Assembly (NCBI GenBank): GCA_002704755.1
Contig: PAHC01000018.1
Location: forward strand, 37,869-101,868
Length of the DNA: 64,000 bases
Source: Rhodobiaceae bacterium
GTDB taxonomy: Bacteria; Pseudomonadota; Alphaproteobacteria; Rhizobiales; TMED25
Direction: 5' to 3'
Shown: piece by piece, positions 20,212-32,886 of the stretch
Position numbering within the stretch: position 1 is the stretch's first letter
Layout of the letters: every line of letters starts with the position of its first letter
The notes under the pieces: generated by a model
What the model was told of the DNA's origin: nothing
Databases searched by the model: none
Seen by the model: only the letters and a program-made list of their open reading frames with translations
Program-made: the position numbers and the translations under genes

Positions 20212-20287
20212 AGGAGTGTAGCTCAACTGGCAGAGCGTCGGTCTCCAAAACCGAAGGTTGGGGGTTCGACTCCCTCCACTCCTGCCA
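20212..20287 (+). tRNA. tRNA-Trp (anticodon CCA)
   Basis: AGGAGTGTAGCTCAACTGGCAGAGCGTCGGTCTCCAAAACCGAAGGTTGGGGGTTCGACTCCCTCCACTCCTGCCA. The anticodon loop is CTCCAAA. Confidence 0.92.
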
Positions 20288-20310
20288 TAAATGAAAGTTA
20301 ATATTGTTAA

Positions 20311-20508
20311 ATGATTAAATTTAGACCTATACAATACGTTCAAGAAATTAAAAATGAAGTCAAAAAAGTTGTTTGGCCAACAAAACGTGAAACTACTGTT
20401 ACTTCAATAATGGTTTTAATCTTCGTCTTTGTTGCGGCTATCTTCTTTTTAATTGCTGATCAAATTTTAAGTTGGTTTGTTGGCTTAATTCTTGGTATTG
20501 GAGGCTAA
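20311..20508 (+). CDS. secE: Preprotein translocase subunit SecE
   Basis: 65 aa. KEVKKVVWPTKRET followed by a single TM segment. Conserved position between tRNA-Trp and nusG. Confidence 0.85.
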   Translation: MIKFRPIQYVQEIKNEVKKVVWPTKRETTVTSIMVLIFVFVAAIFFLIADQILSWFVGLILGIGG

Positions 20509-20510
20509 CA

Positions 20511-21041
20511 ATGGCACATAATTGGTATATCGTTCACGCATACTCTAACTTTGAAAAGCAGGTTGCTAATGCGATAAGGGAGCAATCTGTACAAAGAGGA
20601 ATGGAAGATAAATTTAGTGAGATTTTGGTTCCTACAGAAGAAGTAGTTCAGGTGCGTAAGGGAAGGAAAATTCAGTCCGAAAGAAAGTTTTTTCCGGGCT
20701 ATGTGCTGGTAAAAATGGAAATGACCGATGATGCTTTCCATCTTGTAAAAAAAACTAATAAGGTAGCACGATTTCTTGGTTCTCAAAATAAGCCGGTACC
20801 AATTACAGCTGAAGAAGTAGAAAGAATTATGACTCAAGTGGAGGATGGTGTTGATGGCCCAGTATCATCAATTACATTTGAAATTGGAGAGCAGGTAAGG
20901 GTTGCAGATGGTCCTTTCGCGTCATTTAGCGGCATGGTAGAAGAAGTTGACGTTGAGAGATCAAGACTAAAAGTTGCAGTGTCAATTTTTGGAAGGGCTA
21001 CACCAGTTGAGTTAGAGTACAACCAAGTAGAAAAGGTATAA
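20511..21041 (+). CDS. nusG: Transcription termination/antitermination factor NusG
   Basis: The chosen start is ATG 20511 ([15 protein letters not shown]), preceded by GGAGG. The track start 20472 would overlap secE. KOW motif [21 protein letters not shown]. Confidence 0.92.
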   Translation: MAHNWYIVHAYSNFEKQVANAIREQSVQRGMEDKFSEILVPTEEVVQVRKGRKIQSERKFFPGYVLVKMEMTDDAFHLVKKTNKVARFLGSQNKPVPITAEEVERIMTQVEDGVDGPVSSITFEIGEQVRVADGPFASFSGMVEEVDVERSRLKVAVSIFGRATPVELEYNQVEKV

Positions 21042-21099
21042 TTATTTTGATTTATCTTACGATTTATGTAATGTGTATTTTATAAAGGCAGGACTTATT

Positions 21100-21528
21100 A
21101 TGGCAAAACAAATAACCGGATATTTAAAACTTCATGTTCCAGCTGGTAAAGCTGCTCCAGCTCCACCAATTGGTCCAGCCTTAGGCCAACGTGGACTTAA
21201 CATAATGGAATTTTGTAAGGCTTTCAATGCTCAAACTCAAGATCTTGAGCCTGAAATGCCAATACCTACAACTATAACCATATATCAGGATAAATCGTTT
21301 ACTTTTAAAACAAAAACTCCACCAGCATCATATTTACTGAAAAAAGCAGCAAATCTGCCAAAGGGTGGTTCCACTCCTGGGCGTGATACAGCTGGTACTG
21401 TAACTAAACAGCAGATAAATGAAATTGCTGAACAAAAAATGAATGATTTAAACGCAAACTCTCTAGAGCAAGCTGCGAAGATCATCGAGGGTTCCGCAAG
21501 GTCTATGGGTTTCAAAGTAGCGGAATAG
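21100..21528 (+). CDS. rplK: 50S ribosomal protein L11
   Basis: The start is taken at [11 protein letters not shown] (ATG 21100). [22 protein letters not shown] motif. Confidence 0.95.
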   Translation: MAKQITGYLKLHVPAGKAAPAPPIGPALGQRGLNIMEFCKAFNAQTQDLEPEMPIPTTITIYQDKSFTFKTKTPPASYLLKKAANLPKGGSTPGRDTAGTVTKQQINEIAEQKMNDLNANSLEQAAKIIEGSARSMGFKVAE

Positions 21529-21536
21529 AGGAAAAA

Positions 21537-22232
21537 ATGAGTAAATCTGGAAAAAGATATAATGAAATTGAACTTACTAGAGATAGTCAATCAACATATG
21601 ACGTTGATCAAGCTATTAAACTGGTAAAAACGAATGCAAAGTCTAAATTTAATGAAACAATTGAGATTTCATTAAATTTAGGAGTAGACCCTAAACAAGC
21701 TGATCAAATGGTACGCGGTGTCGTCAGTCTGCCCGCTGGTACTGGGAAAGATGTAAAAGTAGCTGTATTCGCTAGAGATTCAAAGGCACAAGAGGCAAAA
21801 GATGCAGGAGCGGATATTGTTGGTAGCGATGATCTTGCTGAGAGTGTTAAATCTGGTAAATTTGAATTTGATCGTGTTATATCAACACCTGATATGATGG
21901 CTCTTGTTGGGCAGTTAGGTAAAATACTGGGACCACGTGGTCTAATGCCAAACCCAAAGTTGGGTACAGTAACAGATAATGTTGCAGACGCAGTTAAATC
22001 CATAAAGGGAGGATCTGTTGAGTATAGAGTAGAAAAGGCAGGTATTATCCATGCTGGCATTGGAAAAGCTGATTTTACTGAAGAAGCAATCAAAAGTAAT
22101 GTTAAAGCAATAGTTGAGGCTATACAAAATGCTAAACCAACTGGTGCAAAAGGAACATACATTAAAAATATATCTTTAACATCAACGATGGGTGTTGGAG
22201 TGAGAATTGATCCAAATTCAATTATAAATTAA
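21537..22232 (+). CDS. rplA: 50S ribosomal protein L1
   Basis: 231 aa. Canonical L1 ([20 protein letters not shown]). Confidence 0.95.
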   Translation: MSKSGKRYNEIELTRDSQSTYDVDQAIKLVKTNAKSKFNETIEISLNLGVDPKQADQMVRGVVSLPAGTGKDVKVAVFARDSKAQEAKDAGADIVGSDDLAESVKSGKFEFDRVISTPDMMALVGQLGKILGPRGLMPNPKLGTVTDNVADAVKSIKGGSVEYRVEKAGIIHAGIGKADFTEEAIKSNVKAIVEAIQNAKPTGAKGTYIKNISLTSTMGVGVRIDPNSIIN

Positions 22233-22445
22233 TTAATAAAAATATAGAATTTGATCTTTACATTTAATAATAAAAAGCATACATATACATTAATATGCTT
22301 GACCTGTCCAAGATTATAGGTGCTTTTGCTTAATTTCCTATATGAGACATCGATATTGTTACCAAATATCGGCACAGTTAGTATTTATTACTAAGGGCAG
22401 GTTCATTTGATTTTTATCAAATGTGAACTTGAAGAGGAGACAACT
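22233..22445 (+). promoter_or_regulatory. rplJ-rplL leader region (213 nt) with stem-loops; candidate L10(L12)n autoregulatory leader
   Basis: This is the longest spacer inside the r-protein cluster. Hairpins: CGATATT/AATATCG (22351-57/22365-71) and GTTCATTTGA/TCAAATGTGAAC (22401-10/22417-28, 2-nt bulge), just before SD GAGGAG (22434-39) and GTG 22446. Confidence 0.4.
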
Positions 22446-22964
22446 GTGGATAGACAAAACAAAACGATCTTTGTTAATGAACTAAAAGAAGTTTTTAATA
22501 ATTCTTCAGTTGTAGTTGTCGCTCAAAATTCAGGACTAACAGTATCAGAAATGAATAAATTGAGAAATGCCATGCGTGAAGCTGGTGGACATGTAAAGGT
22601 CATAAAAAATAAACTAACAAAAATTGCACTTGAAGGAACACCGCTGTCTGCAATTGAGGAATATCTCAATGGGCCATCAATGATCGCTTATTCCGACGAT
22701 CCAATTACAGCTCCTAAAATTACAGTGGAGTTTGCAAAAGCAAATGAAAAGTTTATTGTTTTAGGCGGGTCTCTTCCGGAAAAGAAAATTGATCTTGGAG
22801 AAGTTAAACATCTTGCGAGCTTGCCATCTTTAGACGAGCTCAGGGCAAAGATGCTTGGGTTACTCAATGCACCAGCATCAAATATTGCAAGTTTAATAAA
22901 TACACCAGGAACAAATATCGCTCAAGTTGTGAAGGCTTATTCTGATAAAGCTGAAGCAGCGTAA
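22446..22964 (+). CDS. rplJ: 50S ribosomal protein L10
   Basis: GTG start at 22446 (VDRQNKTIFVNELKE), 6 nt after GAGGAG. The track ATG 22407 adds a non-conserved extension. Confidence 0.9.
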   Translation: MDRQNKTIFVNELKEVFNNSSVVVVAQNSGLTVSEMNKLRNAMREAGGHVKVIKNKLTKIALEGTPLSAIEEYLNGPSMIAYSDDPITAPKITVEFAKANEKFIVLGGSLPEKKIDLGEVKHLASLPSLDELRAKMLGLLNAPASNIASLINTPGTNIAQVVKAYSDKAEAA

Positions 22965-22994
22965 TACTAACTTTTATAATTAATCGAGGAAAAA

Positions 22995-23381
22995 ATGGCA
23001 GATTTAGAAAAAATTGCAGAAAGCTTATCAAGTCTAACGATACTTGAAGCTTCAGAATTAACAAAAATTTTAGAAGAAAAATGGGGAGTTACAGCTGCTG
23101 CGCAAGTTGCTGTTGCTGCTGCACCAGCCGGTGGTGATGCAGGTGGATCTGCCGCATCAGCTGAAGAAAAATCTGATTTTGATGTAATCTTGTCAAGCAT
23201 GGGAGATCAAAAAATTAACGTGATTAAAGAAGTGCGTGCTATCACTGGACTAGGGCTAAAAGAGGCTAAAGATCTAGTTGAAGCTGCACCAAAACCAGTC
23301 AAAGAGGGTGTATCAAAAGATGAAGCTGATAAAATTAAAGCTCAATTGGAAGGAGCAGGTGCAACCGTTGAAGTTAAATAA
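22995..23381 (+). CDS. rplL: 50S ribosomal protein L7/L12
   Basis: 128 aa. Ala-rich hinge and C-terminal domain ([19 protein letters not shown]). Confidence 0.96.
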   Translation: MADLEKIAESLSSLTILEASELTKILEEKWGVTAAAQVAVAAAPAGGDAGGSAASAEEKSDFDVILSSMGDQKINVIKEVRAITGLGLKEAKDLVEAAPKPVKEGVSKDEADKIKAQLEGAGATVEVK

Positions 23382-23444
23382 TTGATTGTGGCGCTTTAGC
23401 TATCATATCATCATATATATTTAACTTTTATACGGGAACACAAT

Positions 23445-26400
23445 ATGTCTGAAACATTCATTGGACGAAAAAGAATTAGAAAATCATTTGGTAAAATTCG
23501 TGAAGTCGCGGAGATGCCAAACTTAATAGAAGTACAGAAATCATCTTATGATTACTTTCTTCAAACTCAAGAGCCCGAGGGTGGTCGTGACGTAAGCGGT
23601 CTCCAAGCGGTATTTACATCCATTTTTCCAATAACAGATTTCAATGAAACTTCAAGGCTGGAGTTTGTTAAATATGACTTTGATTTGCCTAAATATGATG
23701 TTGACGAATGTGTTCAACGTGGTTTAACTTATGCTGCTCCGCTTAGAGCCACACTTAGATTGATTGTTTTTGACGTCGATGAATATACTGAAAATAAATC
23801 AATAAAAGATATCAAAGAACAAGAGGTATACATGGGAGATATTCCATTGATGACAAACAATGGAACATTTATCTTCAATGGCACAGAACGTGTTGTCGTT
23901 AGTCAGATGCATAGGAGTCCTGGTGTATTTTTTGATCATGATAAAGGAAAATCACACTCAAGCGGTAAGATATTGTATGCAGCAAGAATAATACCATATA
24001 GAGGTTCATGGCTTGATTTTGAATTCGATGCAAAGGATCTTGTCTACGCTCGTATAGATAGAAAAAGGAAAATACCGGTTTCAACAATATTGTATGCTCT
24101 TGGATATGACGCTGAAGAAATTTTATCAAATTTTTACAACATACATACAATTGAAAAAAATAAATCTGGTTGGGTTGCAGAATTCAAAGAAGCTCAGTAC
24201 AAAGGGGTAAAAATTAACTCAGATTTAGTAAACGCAGATACGGGTGAAGTTGCTGTTGAGTCCGGAACAAAAATTACTCCACGTTTGATAAATAAATTAC
24301 TCGATAGTGGTTTAAAAAAGGTTTTATTCTCGGTAGATGATATAATTGGACAATTCATTGCCGAAGATATTGTTAATATTAAAACTGGTTTGATATATGC
24401 CGAATCAGGGGATGAAATTACATCTGAATTGATTGAATTACTCGACAAAAATAAAATAACTAAAATTCCTGTTTTAGAAATTGACCATATTAATACCGGA
24501 GCATTCATTAGAGATACTCTAAAAGTTGATAAGAATGAAAACAAGCAAGAAGCTCTATTGGACATATATAGGTTAATGAGACCCGGCGAACCTCCAACCG
24601 ATGAAACTGCTGAAAGCCTATTTGAAGGATTATTTTTTGATCCCGATAGATATGACTTATCAGCTGTTGGCAGGGTAAAAATGAATATGAGACTTGATCT
24701 TGATGCGCCTGATAATCTATGCGTTTTGAGAAAAGAAGATGTTATGGCCGTTGTTAAGCATCTTGTTGAATTAAGAGATGGAAAAGGCGATGTAGATGAT
24801 ATTGACCATCTTGGTAATAGGAGAGTGAGATCAGTTGGTGAACTTGTTGAAAACCAATATAGGATTGGTTTGCTAAGAATGGAACGTTCTATAAAAGAAA
24901 AATTGAGTTCAGTTGATATAGATACAGTAATGCCAAATGACCTTATAAATGCAAAACCGATTACTGCATCACTTAGAGAATTTTTTGGTTCATCACAATT
25001 ATCACAATTTATGGATCAAACAAATCCACTGTCACTAATTACTCATATAAGGCGTGTATCTGCATTAGGTCCTGGTGGACTAACAAGAGAACGCGCTGGG
25101 TTTGAAGTTAGGGATGTACATCCAACGCATTACGGAAGAATTTGTCCCATAGAAACACCTGAAGGACCAAATATTGGACTTATCAACTCATTAGCTACAT
25201 TTGCTAAAGTTAATAAGTATGGTTTTATTGAGAGCCCATACAGGAAAGTTGTCAATAACACGGTTACGGATGAAGTTGTTTATTTATCAGCAATTGAAGA
25301 ATCTAAATATAATATTGCTCAGGCAAATGCCCCACTTGATAATAAGTCAAAATTCGTTGAAGAGCTTATTAATTGTCGTGTTGCCGGAGATGTTCAATTG
25401 ATACCAGCAGAAAAAGTGGATTTTATGGATGTTTCGCCAAAACAATTGGTTTCGGCTGCCGCAGCATTAATTCCTTTCCTGGAGAATGATGATGCCAACA
25501 GAGCACTTATGGGATCAAACATGCAAAGACAAGCTGTTCCGCTGATGAAAACTGAAGCCCCCTTTGTAGGTACTGGAATGGAAGCTGTTGTTGCAAGAGA
25601 CTCAGGTGCAGCTGTTACTGCTCGCAGAACTGGAGTGGTTGATCAAGTGGACTCAAATAGAATAGTTATCAGAGCCACAGATGAAAAAGATGCGTCAAAA
25701 TCTGCCATTGATATCTATAATTTAGCAAAATTCCAGAGATCAAATCAAAATACTTGTATTAACCAAAGACCGCTTGTTAAAGTTGGGGAATATGTTGATC
25801 AAGGTGACATAATAGCAGATGGGCCATCTACTGATCTTGGGGATTTAGCACTCGGTAAAAATGTACTCGTTGCATATATGCCATGGAACGGTTATAATTA
25901 TGAGGACTCTATTCTTATTTCTGAAAGAGTTGTGAGAGAAGATACTTTTACTTCAATTCATCTTGAAGAATTCGAGGTTATGGCAAGGGATACTAAGCTA
26001 GGGCCTGAAGATATAACAAGAGATATTCCTAATGTGGGTGAAGAGGCTCTAAAGAATCTTGATGAAGCGGGAATTGTATATATTGGAGCTGAAGTTAAAT
26101 CAGGCGATATTTTAGTTGGTAAAATAACCCCTAAGGGTGAGAGTCCGATGACGCCAGAAGAAAAGCTTCTTCGTGCAATTTTTGGTGAAAAAGCTACAGA
26201 TGTTAGAGATACTTCTTTAAGACTTCCGCCAGGCGTGAATGGTACTGTTGTTGAAGTGCGCGTGTTTAATAGGCATGGAATAGAAAAAGATGAGAGAGCT
26301 CTTGCTATTGAAAGAGATGAGATTGTAAGATTATCCAAAGATAGAGATGATGAGTTTAATATCTTAGATCGTAATGTCATGGCTAAGCTTCATGATACAC

Positions 26401-27578
26401 TCATTGGTTCTGAAATCTCAAAAGCATCAGGTGGACTAAAAAAAGGAACCAAGATAAACGTAGATAATCTTGATAATATAGATAGAAAAGACTGGTGGAA
26501 TTTTGTGCTAACAAATGACAAAGTAATGTCTGAAATAGATGCAATGAAAACCCAATATGATCAATCAAGAGAAGCTATTGAAAACAGGTTTATTGATAAG
26601 GTTGAAAAGCTTCAGCGCGGTGATGACATGTTGCCTGGCGTCATGAAGATGATAAAAGTCTTTGTGGCTGTAAAAAGAAAGCTTCAGCCTGGTGATAAAA
26701 TGGCAGGTAGGCATGGAAATAAAGGTGTGGTTTCTAGAATAATGCCTCAAGAAGATATGCCATATCTCGAAGATGGAACACCCGTAGATGTTGTTCTTAA
26801 CCCTCTTGGTGTTCCGAGTAGGATGAATGTCGGTCAAATTCTTGAAACACATTTGGGATGGGCTTGTAGAGGTCTTGGAAAGATCATCGCAGACTCAATA
26901 GATCTTATAAAAACAAGTGATCCAGACGCTAAAGCTTTGAGGAAAACACTAAATGATATCTATGGTAATAACGAAACTATTGACTCTCTTGGAAAAGAAG
27001 ATTTAGTGGAGTTGGCTCAAAATCTGAAGAAGGGAGTGCCAATAGCAACCCCTGTCTTTGATGGTGCAAGAGAAAATGATATCAACGAGTTGCTTGGAAA
27101 GGCGGGATTAGATAAATCTGGTCAAGTCAAGCTATATGATGGCAGAACCGGAGAACCTTTTGATAGGAAAATAACAGTTGGTTACAAATATATACTTAAG
27201 CTTCACCATCTTGTTGATGATAAAATACATGCAAGATCAATTGGTCCTTACAGCCTTGTAACACAACAACCACTCGGTGGTAAGGCTCAATTTGGCGGTC
27301 AAAGATTTGGAGAAATGGAAGTTTGGGCTTTAGAAGCATATGGAGCAGCATATACTCTTCAAGAGATGCTGACAGTTAAATCAGATGATGTGGCAGGAAG
27401 AACAAAAGTTTACGAAGCCATAGTCAGAGGAGATGATGCTTTTGAAGCTGGTATTCCTGAGTCGTTCAACGTACTTGTAAAGGAAATTAGATCACTTGGC
27501 CTAAATGTTGAATTAAAATCCTCAGAAGTATTTAATGAAGGCTCAGCAAATACGTTGTCCGATATGAGCAGTGAATAA
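23445..27578 (+). CDS. rpoB: DNA-directed RNA polymerase subunit beta
   Basis: 1377 aa. Canonical beta-subunit motifs (e.g. [18 protein letters not shown]). Confidence 0.98.
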   Translation: MSETFIGRKRIRKSFGKIREVAEMPNLIEVQKSSYDYFLQTQEPEGGRDVSGLQAVFTSIFPITDFNETSRLEFVKYDFDLPKYDVDECVQRGLTYAAPLRATLRLIVFDVDEYTENKSIKDIKEQEVYMGDIPLMTNNGTFIFNGTERVVVSQMHRSPGVFFDHDKGKSHSSGKILYAARIIPYRGSWLDFEFDAKDLVYARIDRKRKIPVSTILYALGYDAEEILSNFYNIHTIEKNKSGWVAEFKEAQYKGVKINSDLVNADTGEVAVESGTKITPRLINKLLDSGLKKVLFSVDDIIGQFIAEDIVNIKTGLIYAESGDEITSELIELLDKNKITKIPVLEIDHINTGAFIRDTLKVDKNENKQEALLDIYRLMRPGEPPTDETAESLFEGLFFDPDRYDLSAVGRVKMNMRLDLDAPDNLCVLRKEDVMAVVKHLVELRDGKGDVDDIDHLGNRRVRSVGELVENQYRIGLLRMERSIKEKLSSVDIDTVMPNDLINAKPITASLREFFGSSQLSQFMDQTNPLSLITHIRRVSALGPGGLTRERAGFEVRDVHPTHYGRICPIETPEGPNIGLINSLATFAKVNKYGFIESPYRKVVNNTVTDEVVYLSAIEESKYNIAQANAPLDNKSKFVEELINCRVAGDVQLIPAEKVDFMDVSPKQLVSAAAALIPFLENDDANRALMGSNMQRQAVPLMKTEAPFVGTGMEAVVARDSGAAVTARRTGVVDQVDSNRIVIRATDEKDASKSAIDIYNLAKFQRSNQNTCINQRPLVKVGEYVDQGDIIADGPSTDLGDLALGKNVLVAYMPWNGYNYEDSILISERVVREDTFTSIHLEEFEVMARDTKLGPEDITRDIPNVGEEALKNLDEAGIVYIGAEVKSGDILVGKITPKGESPMTPEEKLLRAIFGEKATDVRDTSLRLPPGVNGTVVEVRVFNRHGIEKDERALAIERDEIVRLSKDRDDEFNILDRNVMAKLHDTLIGSEISKASGGLKKGTKINVDNLDNIDRKDWWNFVLTNDKVMSEIDAMKTQYDQSREAIENRFIDKVEKLQRGDDMLPGVMKMIKVFVAVKRKLQPGDKMAGRHGNKGVVSRIMPQEDMPYLEDGTPVDVVLNPLGVPSRMNVGQILETHLGWACRGLGKIIADSIDLIKTSDPDAKALRKTLNDIYGNNETIDSLGKEDLVELAQNLKKGVPIATPVFDGARENDINELLGKAGLDKSGQVKLYDGRTGEPFDRKITVGYKYILKLHHLVDDKIHARSIGPYSLVTQQPLGGKAQFGGQRFGEMEVWALEAYGAAYTLQEMLTVKSDDVAGRTKVYEAIVRGDDAFEAGIPESFNVLVKEIRSLGLNVELKSSEVFNEGSANTLSDMSSE

Positions 27579-27590
27579 TAGGGAAATAAT

Positions 27591-30500
27591 ATGAATCAAG
27601 ATCTCACAAATGTTTTTAATCCAAACTTTTCACAATCACAAATCTTTGATCAAATTAAGATTTCTATTGCATCACCTGAGAAGATGCTCTCTTGGTCTTT
27701 TGGTGAAATTAAAAAGCCTGAAACAATAAATTACAGAACTTTTAAACCCGAGAGAGATGGATTATTTTGCTCCAGAATTTTTGGTCCTATAAAAGATTAT
27801 GAATGTCTTTGTGGTAAATATAAACGTATGAAATACAGAGGTATTATTTGTGAAAAATGTGGTGTTGAAGTAACTCTTTCTAAAGTCAGGCGTGATCGTA
27901 TGGGCCACATTGAGTTGGCGGCTCCTGTAGCTCACATTTGGTTCCTAAAGTCCCTACCATCAAGGATTGGATTGCTTCTTGATATGAGGCTTAAGGATCT
28001 TGAACATGTTCTTTATTTTGAAAACTTTATAGTTATTGAACCAGGTTTAACGCCTTTAAAAGAACTGCAACTGCTTACCGAAGAAGAGGTCCTGAATTAT
28101 AGAGACGAGTATGGTGATGACTCTTTCACTGCGGGAATTGGTGCTGAAGCTATCAGGGACCTACTAATCAATCTTGATCTAGAGAAATTAGCAGACCAAC
28201 TTCGGGTTGAGATCGATGAGTCCACATCCGAGTTGAAACCAATTAAATTAGCAAAAAGATTAAAGGTAGTTGAGGCGTTTATTAGCTCAGGTAATAAACC
28301 GGAATGGATGATTATGACTATTGTCCCAGTTATACCACCTGAACTTAGACCATTAGTTCCATTGGATGGTGGTAGATTTGCTACATCTGATTTGAATGAC
28401 TTATATCGACGAGTAATCAACCGAAATAATCGCCTGAAAAGATTAATTGAACTTAAAGCTCCAGAAATTATCATTAGAAATGAAAAAAGGATGCTTCAAG
28501 AATCAGTTGATGCACTATTTGATAATGGAAGGCGTGGGCGTGTTATAACCGGTGCAAATAAACGACCGCTAAAGTCGCTAGCTGATATGCTAAAAGGTAA
28601 GCAAGGAAGGTTTAGACAAAATTTACTCGGAAAAAGAGTGGACTATTCAGGAAGGTCTGTAATTGTTACTGGACCGACATTAAAATTACATCAATGTGGC
28701 TTGCCAAAAAGAATGGCTCTTGAACTGTTCAAGCCCTTTATTTATTCTCGCTTAGAAGCAAAAGGTCTCTCTACTACTGTAAAACAGGCAAAAAGGCTTG
28801 TAGAAAAAGAAAGACCTGAGGTATGGGATATTCTTGATGAGGTAATTCGTGAACATCCAGTGTTACTGAATAGAGCTCCAACATTACACAGATTAGGTAT
28901 TCAAGCATTTGAACCAACATTGGTTGAAGGAAAGGCAATTCAACTTCATCCTTTAGTTTGTTCTGCATTTAATGCTGATTTTGATGGTGATCAAATGGCT
29001 GTTCACGTGCCTTTATCACTTGAGGCACAATTAGAAGCTAGAGTTCTGATGATGTCTACTAATAATATTTTACATCCCGCAGATGGATCACCTATCATTG
29101 TTCCAAGTCAGGACATGGTACTCGGGTTATACTATCTATCACTTGTTAAAGAAAATGAGCCAGGTGAAGGTATGGTATTTGGTAACATGAATGAAATTCA
29201 CTATGCACTGCAAACGGGAGTTATTTCATTGCACTCAAAAGTGAAAGGAAGGTTTGTTACCAAAGATGCTGAAGGCAATCTTAAAAAAGAAACTCATGAG
29301 ACAACACCAGGCAGACTGTTGATTGGTGAATTATTGCCAAAATATCACACAATTAAGTTTGCATTATGCAATAAGATTATGACTAAAAAAGATATTTCTA
29401 GAATGATTGATGAAGTCTATCGGCACTCTGGTCAAAAAGAAACGGTTATTTTCTGCGATAAAATTATGGCCCTAGGGTTCCATCACGGGTGTCGTGCTGG
29501 CATCTCCTTTGGTAAGGATGATATGGTAATTCCTGAAACAAAGTCAAATTTTATTGATGAAACAAATAATCTCGTTAAAGAGTACGAAAGTCAATATAAC
29601 GATGGTTTAATTACTCAAGGAGAGAAATACAATAAAGTAGTTGATGCATGGGCAAAATGCACCGATAAAGTTGCAGATGAAATGATGGCAAAAATTCAGG
29701 TCATTGAAATAGATGATGTAACTAAGAAACAAAAAGACCAAAATTCAGTTTATATGATGGCACATTCAGGTGCGCGTGGTTCTCCTGCGCAGATGAAACA
29801 ATTAGCTGGAATGAGAGGGCTTATGGCAAAGCCATCTGGTGAAATAATTGAGACACCAATTACATCAAACTTCAAAGAGGGTCTTTCCGTTCTCGAGTAC
29901 TTCAATTCAACACATGGAGCAAGAAAAGGATTGGCTGATACAGCTCTTAAAACAGCTAACTCAGGTTATTTAACAAGGAGACTAGTTGATGTTGCTCAAG
30001 ATTGTATAATTCTCGAAAAGGACTGTGGCACTACTAATGGTATTACTCTTAGGAGTGTGATGGATGGTGGTGATACAATCGTCCCAATTGGTGATAGGTT
30101 ATTGGGGAGATATTTAACAGATGATATTCTTGATCCAGCAACAAATGACGTTTTGTTTGATAAAGATCAAATGATTGACGAATCTCTTGCGAAAGAAATT
30201 GATGAGCGAGGTCTTGATGCTGTGAAGGTTAGGTCTGTGCTAACATGTGATGCAAAAGTCGGAGCTTGTGCAAGATGCTACGGACGTGACTTAGCGCGCG
30301 GGACTTCTGTAAATGTTGGTGAAGCCGTTGGAGTCCTTGCCGCACAGTCAATTGGTGAGCCGGGTACTCAGCTGACCATGAGAACTTTTCATATCGGAGG
30401 GACAGCACAAGTTGTGGATCAATCATTTATTGAAAGCTCGCATGAAGGGATTGTTTCAATACAGAATCCAATACTTGCAAATGATTCCAATAATAAATTG

Positions 30501-31829
30501 GTTGTAACTGGTAGAAGCCTAGTTGTTGCTATTCTTGATGAAAATAACGTAGAGAGATCTCAAAATAAAGTTCCATACGGAGCACAGTTATTTGTAAAAG
30601 ATGGTGAAAAGATTGATAGAGGACAACGAATTGCTTCTTGGGATCCATACACAAGACCAATACTTGCAGATGTTCCAGGAAAAGTCGATTTTGAAGATCT
30701 TGTCGATGGTCTTTCAATAGATGAGAGGCTTGATGAATCTACAGGAATATCACAAAGGGTTGTTATTGATTGGAGAAGTTCATCACGTGGCAATAATCTG
30801 CAGCCATCTGTTGTTTTGAGTTCAACTTCAAAAAGCAAATCTAAAAGTGATGCTCGTAAATTTGTTCTGCCAGTGAATGCCATACTATCAGTTGAAAAGG
30901 ATGCTGAAGTATCAGCAGGAGACGTTCTGGCAAGGGTCCCAACTGAAAGTGCAAAAACAAAAGACATAACAGGTGGATTACCTAGAGTTGCAGAATTGTT
31001 TGAGGCAAGAAGACCAAAAGATCATGCAATTATTGCTGAGATAAGCGGAATTATTGAATTTGGGAATGATTTTAAAAATAAAAGAAAAATTAGAATTATA
31101 CCAAATGAAGAAAATGAGCAAGTTCGCGAATACATGGTACCTAAAAATATACATCTAGAAGTGCAGGATGGAGATAAGATTGAAAAAGGCGACTTTATAA
31201 TGGATGGAAATCCCGCTCCTCATGACATTCTTGCAATTAAAGGCGTTGAAGAACTCGCTTCGTATCTAGTTGCAGAAATTCAAGATGTTTACAGATTACA
31301 AGGTGTGACAATAAATGACAAACACATTGAAGTAATTGTCAGTCAGATGTTAAAGAAAGTGGAAATTTCTGATCCTGGTGACTCCAATCTACTGCATGGT
31401 GAACAGATAGATAAAATTGATCTCTTAGAATTAAATGAAGAGCTTAAAGCTGCAGGTAAAAAATTAATATCCGGTAATCCTATATTACTGGGTATAACCA
31501 AGGCTGCTCTCCAAACCAGAAGCTTTATCTCTGCTGCATCATTCCAAGAAACAACGAGAGTCTTGACTGAGGCATCCATGAACGGTAAATCTGACTTATT
31601 ACAAGGACTAAAAGAAAATGTTATTGTAGGTAGATTAATCCCTGCTGGAACTGGAAGCGCAATAAGTAAATTGAGACAGGTATCAGTGCATAGAGATAAT
31701 TTGATTCTACAAGAAAAGAAGAAAGCAGAAGAACTATTATCACAAACATCCGATGAAGCATTAGTCTCAGATCTTATAAAAGTAGCTGATGTCGAAGAGG
31801 GCGGAGAGAATTTACCAGTCGAAGAATAG
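27591..31829 (+). CDS. rpoC: DNA-directed RNA polymerase subunit beta'
   Basis: 1412 aa. [12 protein letters not shown] catalytic motif and an N-terminal zinc-binding Cys cluster. Confidence 0.98.
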   Translation: MNQDLTNVFNPNFSQSQIFDQIKISIASPEKMLSWSFGEIKKPETINYRTFKPERDGLFCSRIFGPIKDYECLCGKYKRMKYRGIICEKCGVEVTLSKVRRDRMGHIELAAPVAHIWFLKSLPSRIGLLLDMRLKDLEHVLYFENFIVIEPGLTPLKELQLLTEEEVLNYRDEYGDDSFTAGIGAEAIRDLLINLDLEKLADQLRVEIDESTSELKPIKLAKRLKVVEAFISSGNKPEWMIMTIVPVIPPELRPLVPLDGGRFATSDLNDLYRRVINRNNRLKRLIELKAPEIIIRNEKRMLQESVDALFDNGRRGRVITGANKRPLKSLADMLKGKQGRFRQNLLGKRVDYSGRSVIVTGPTLKLHQCGLPKRMALELFKPFIYSRLEAKGLSTTVKQAKRLVEKERPEVWDILDEVIREHPVLLNRAPTLHRLGIQAFEPTLVEGKAIQLHPLVCSAFNADFDGDQMAVHVPLSLEAQLEARVLMMSTNNILHPADGSPIIVPSQDMVLGLYYLSLVKENEPGEGMVFGNMNEIHYALQTGVISLHSKVKGRFVTKDAEGNLKKETHETTPGRLLIGELLPKYHTIKFALCNKIMTKKDISRMIDEVYRHSGQKETVIFCDKIMALGFHHGCRAGISFGKDDMVIPETKSNFIDETNNLVKEYESQYNDGLITQGEKYNKVVDAWAKCTDKVADEMMAKIQVIEIDDVTKKQKDQNSVYMMAHSGARGSPAQMKQLAGMRGLMAKPSGEIIETPITSNFKEGLSVLEYFNSTHGARKGLADTALKTANSGYLTRRLVDVAQDCIILEKDCGTTNGITLRSVMDGGDTIVPIGDRLLGRYLTDDILDPATNDVLFDKDQMIDESLAKEIDERGLDAVKVRSVLTCDAKVGACARCYGRDLARGTSVNVGEAVGVLAAQSIGEPGTQLTMRTFHIGGTAQVVDQSFIESSHEGIVSIQNPILANDSNNKLVVTGRSLVVAILDENNVERSQNKVPYGAQLFVKDGEKIDRGQRIASWDPYTRPILADVPGKVDFEDLVDGLSIDERLDESTGISQRVVIDWRSSSRGNNLQPSVVLSSTSKSKSKSDARKFVLPVNAILSVEKDAEVSAGDVLARVPTESAKTKDITGGLPRVAELFEARRPKDHAIIAEISGIIEFGNDFKNKRKIRIIPNEENEQVREYMVPKNIHLEVQDGDKIEKGDFIMDGNPAPHDILAIKGVEELASYLVAEIQDVYRLQGVTINDKHIEVIVSQMLKKVEISDPGDSNLLHGEQIDKIDLLELNEELKAAGKKLISGNPILLGITKAALQTRSFISAASFQETTRVLTEASMNGKSDLLQGLKENVIVGRLIPAGTGSAISKLRQVSVHRDNLILQEKKKAEELLSQTSDEALVSDLIKVADVEEGGENLPVEE

Positions 31830-31895
31830 TTTTCACTGTTTTTCAAAAATTGTCATCGCTGAGTGATTTTAGCTGCAATTCTATGATAATAATGC

Positions 31896-31924
31896 TTGAC
31901 CTTTTGTTTTTGAAGAAGTATTGT
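31896..31924 (+). promoter_or_regulatory. Candidate sigma-70 promoter of the rpsL-rpsG-fusA...S10 unit
   Basis: TTGACC (31896-31901), 17-nt spacer, TATTGT (31919-31924), 93 nt upstream of the rpsL ATG. Confidence 0.4.
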
Positions 31925-32016
31925 CCGAACATCTGTTTCAATAGGCCGTATGTTGTAACTTAAACGCTATTGAGAAACTAAAAAAAGAACACAAAATTGA
32001 AAGGAAATTGGTTAAT

Positions 32017-32388
32017 ATGCCAACTATTAATCAACTACTAAGAAAACCGCGTAAACCGCAGGTAAAAAGAAATAAAGTGCCAGCTATGGAGGCTTGCCCA
32101 CAAAAACGTGGTGTATGCACACGTGTATATACCACCACACCTAAGAAACCAAATTCAGCATTAAGAAAAGTAGCAAGGGTTAGACTATCAAATGGTTTTG
32201 AAGTAACAAGTTACATACCAGGGGAGGGGCATAATTTACAAGAACATTCAGTTGTGCTCATCAGAGGCGGTAGGGTAAAAGATTTACCCGGTGTCAGATA
32301 TCACATTGTTAGAGGGGTGCTGGATACTCAAGGCGTAAAAGATCGAAAGCAAAGACGCTCTAAATACGGCGCTAAGAAACCTAAATAG
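32017..32388 (+). CDS. rpsL: 30S ribosomal protein S12
   Basis: The start is taken at [10 protein letters not shown] (ATG 32017). Canonical S12 ([16 protein letters not shown]). Confidence 0.97.
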   Translation: MPTINQLLRKPRKPQVKRNKVPAMEACPQKRGVCTRVYTTTPKKPNSALRKVARVRLSNGFEVTSYIPGEGHNLQEHSVVLIRGGRVKDLPGVRYHIVRGVLDTQGVKDRKQRRSKYGAKKPK

Positions 32389-32398
32389 GGAATTTTAA

Positions 32399-32869
<471 letters not shown>

Positions 32870-32886
32870 TTTAAGAAGAGTAAACA

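Noticed and set aside
20472-20510. Upstream in-frame ATG extensions offered by the ORF track: nusG 20472, rplK 21073, rplJ 22407, rpsL 32008, rplB 37079, rpmD 43588, rluC 48991 and divK 57560.
   Set aside because: The extensions overlap the preceding gene or add non-conserved residues before the canonical family N-terminus. Internal starts have better RBS spacing, so I used the shorter models.
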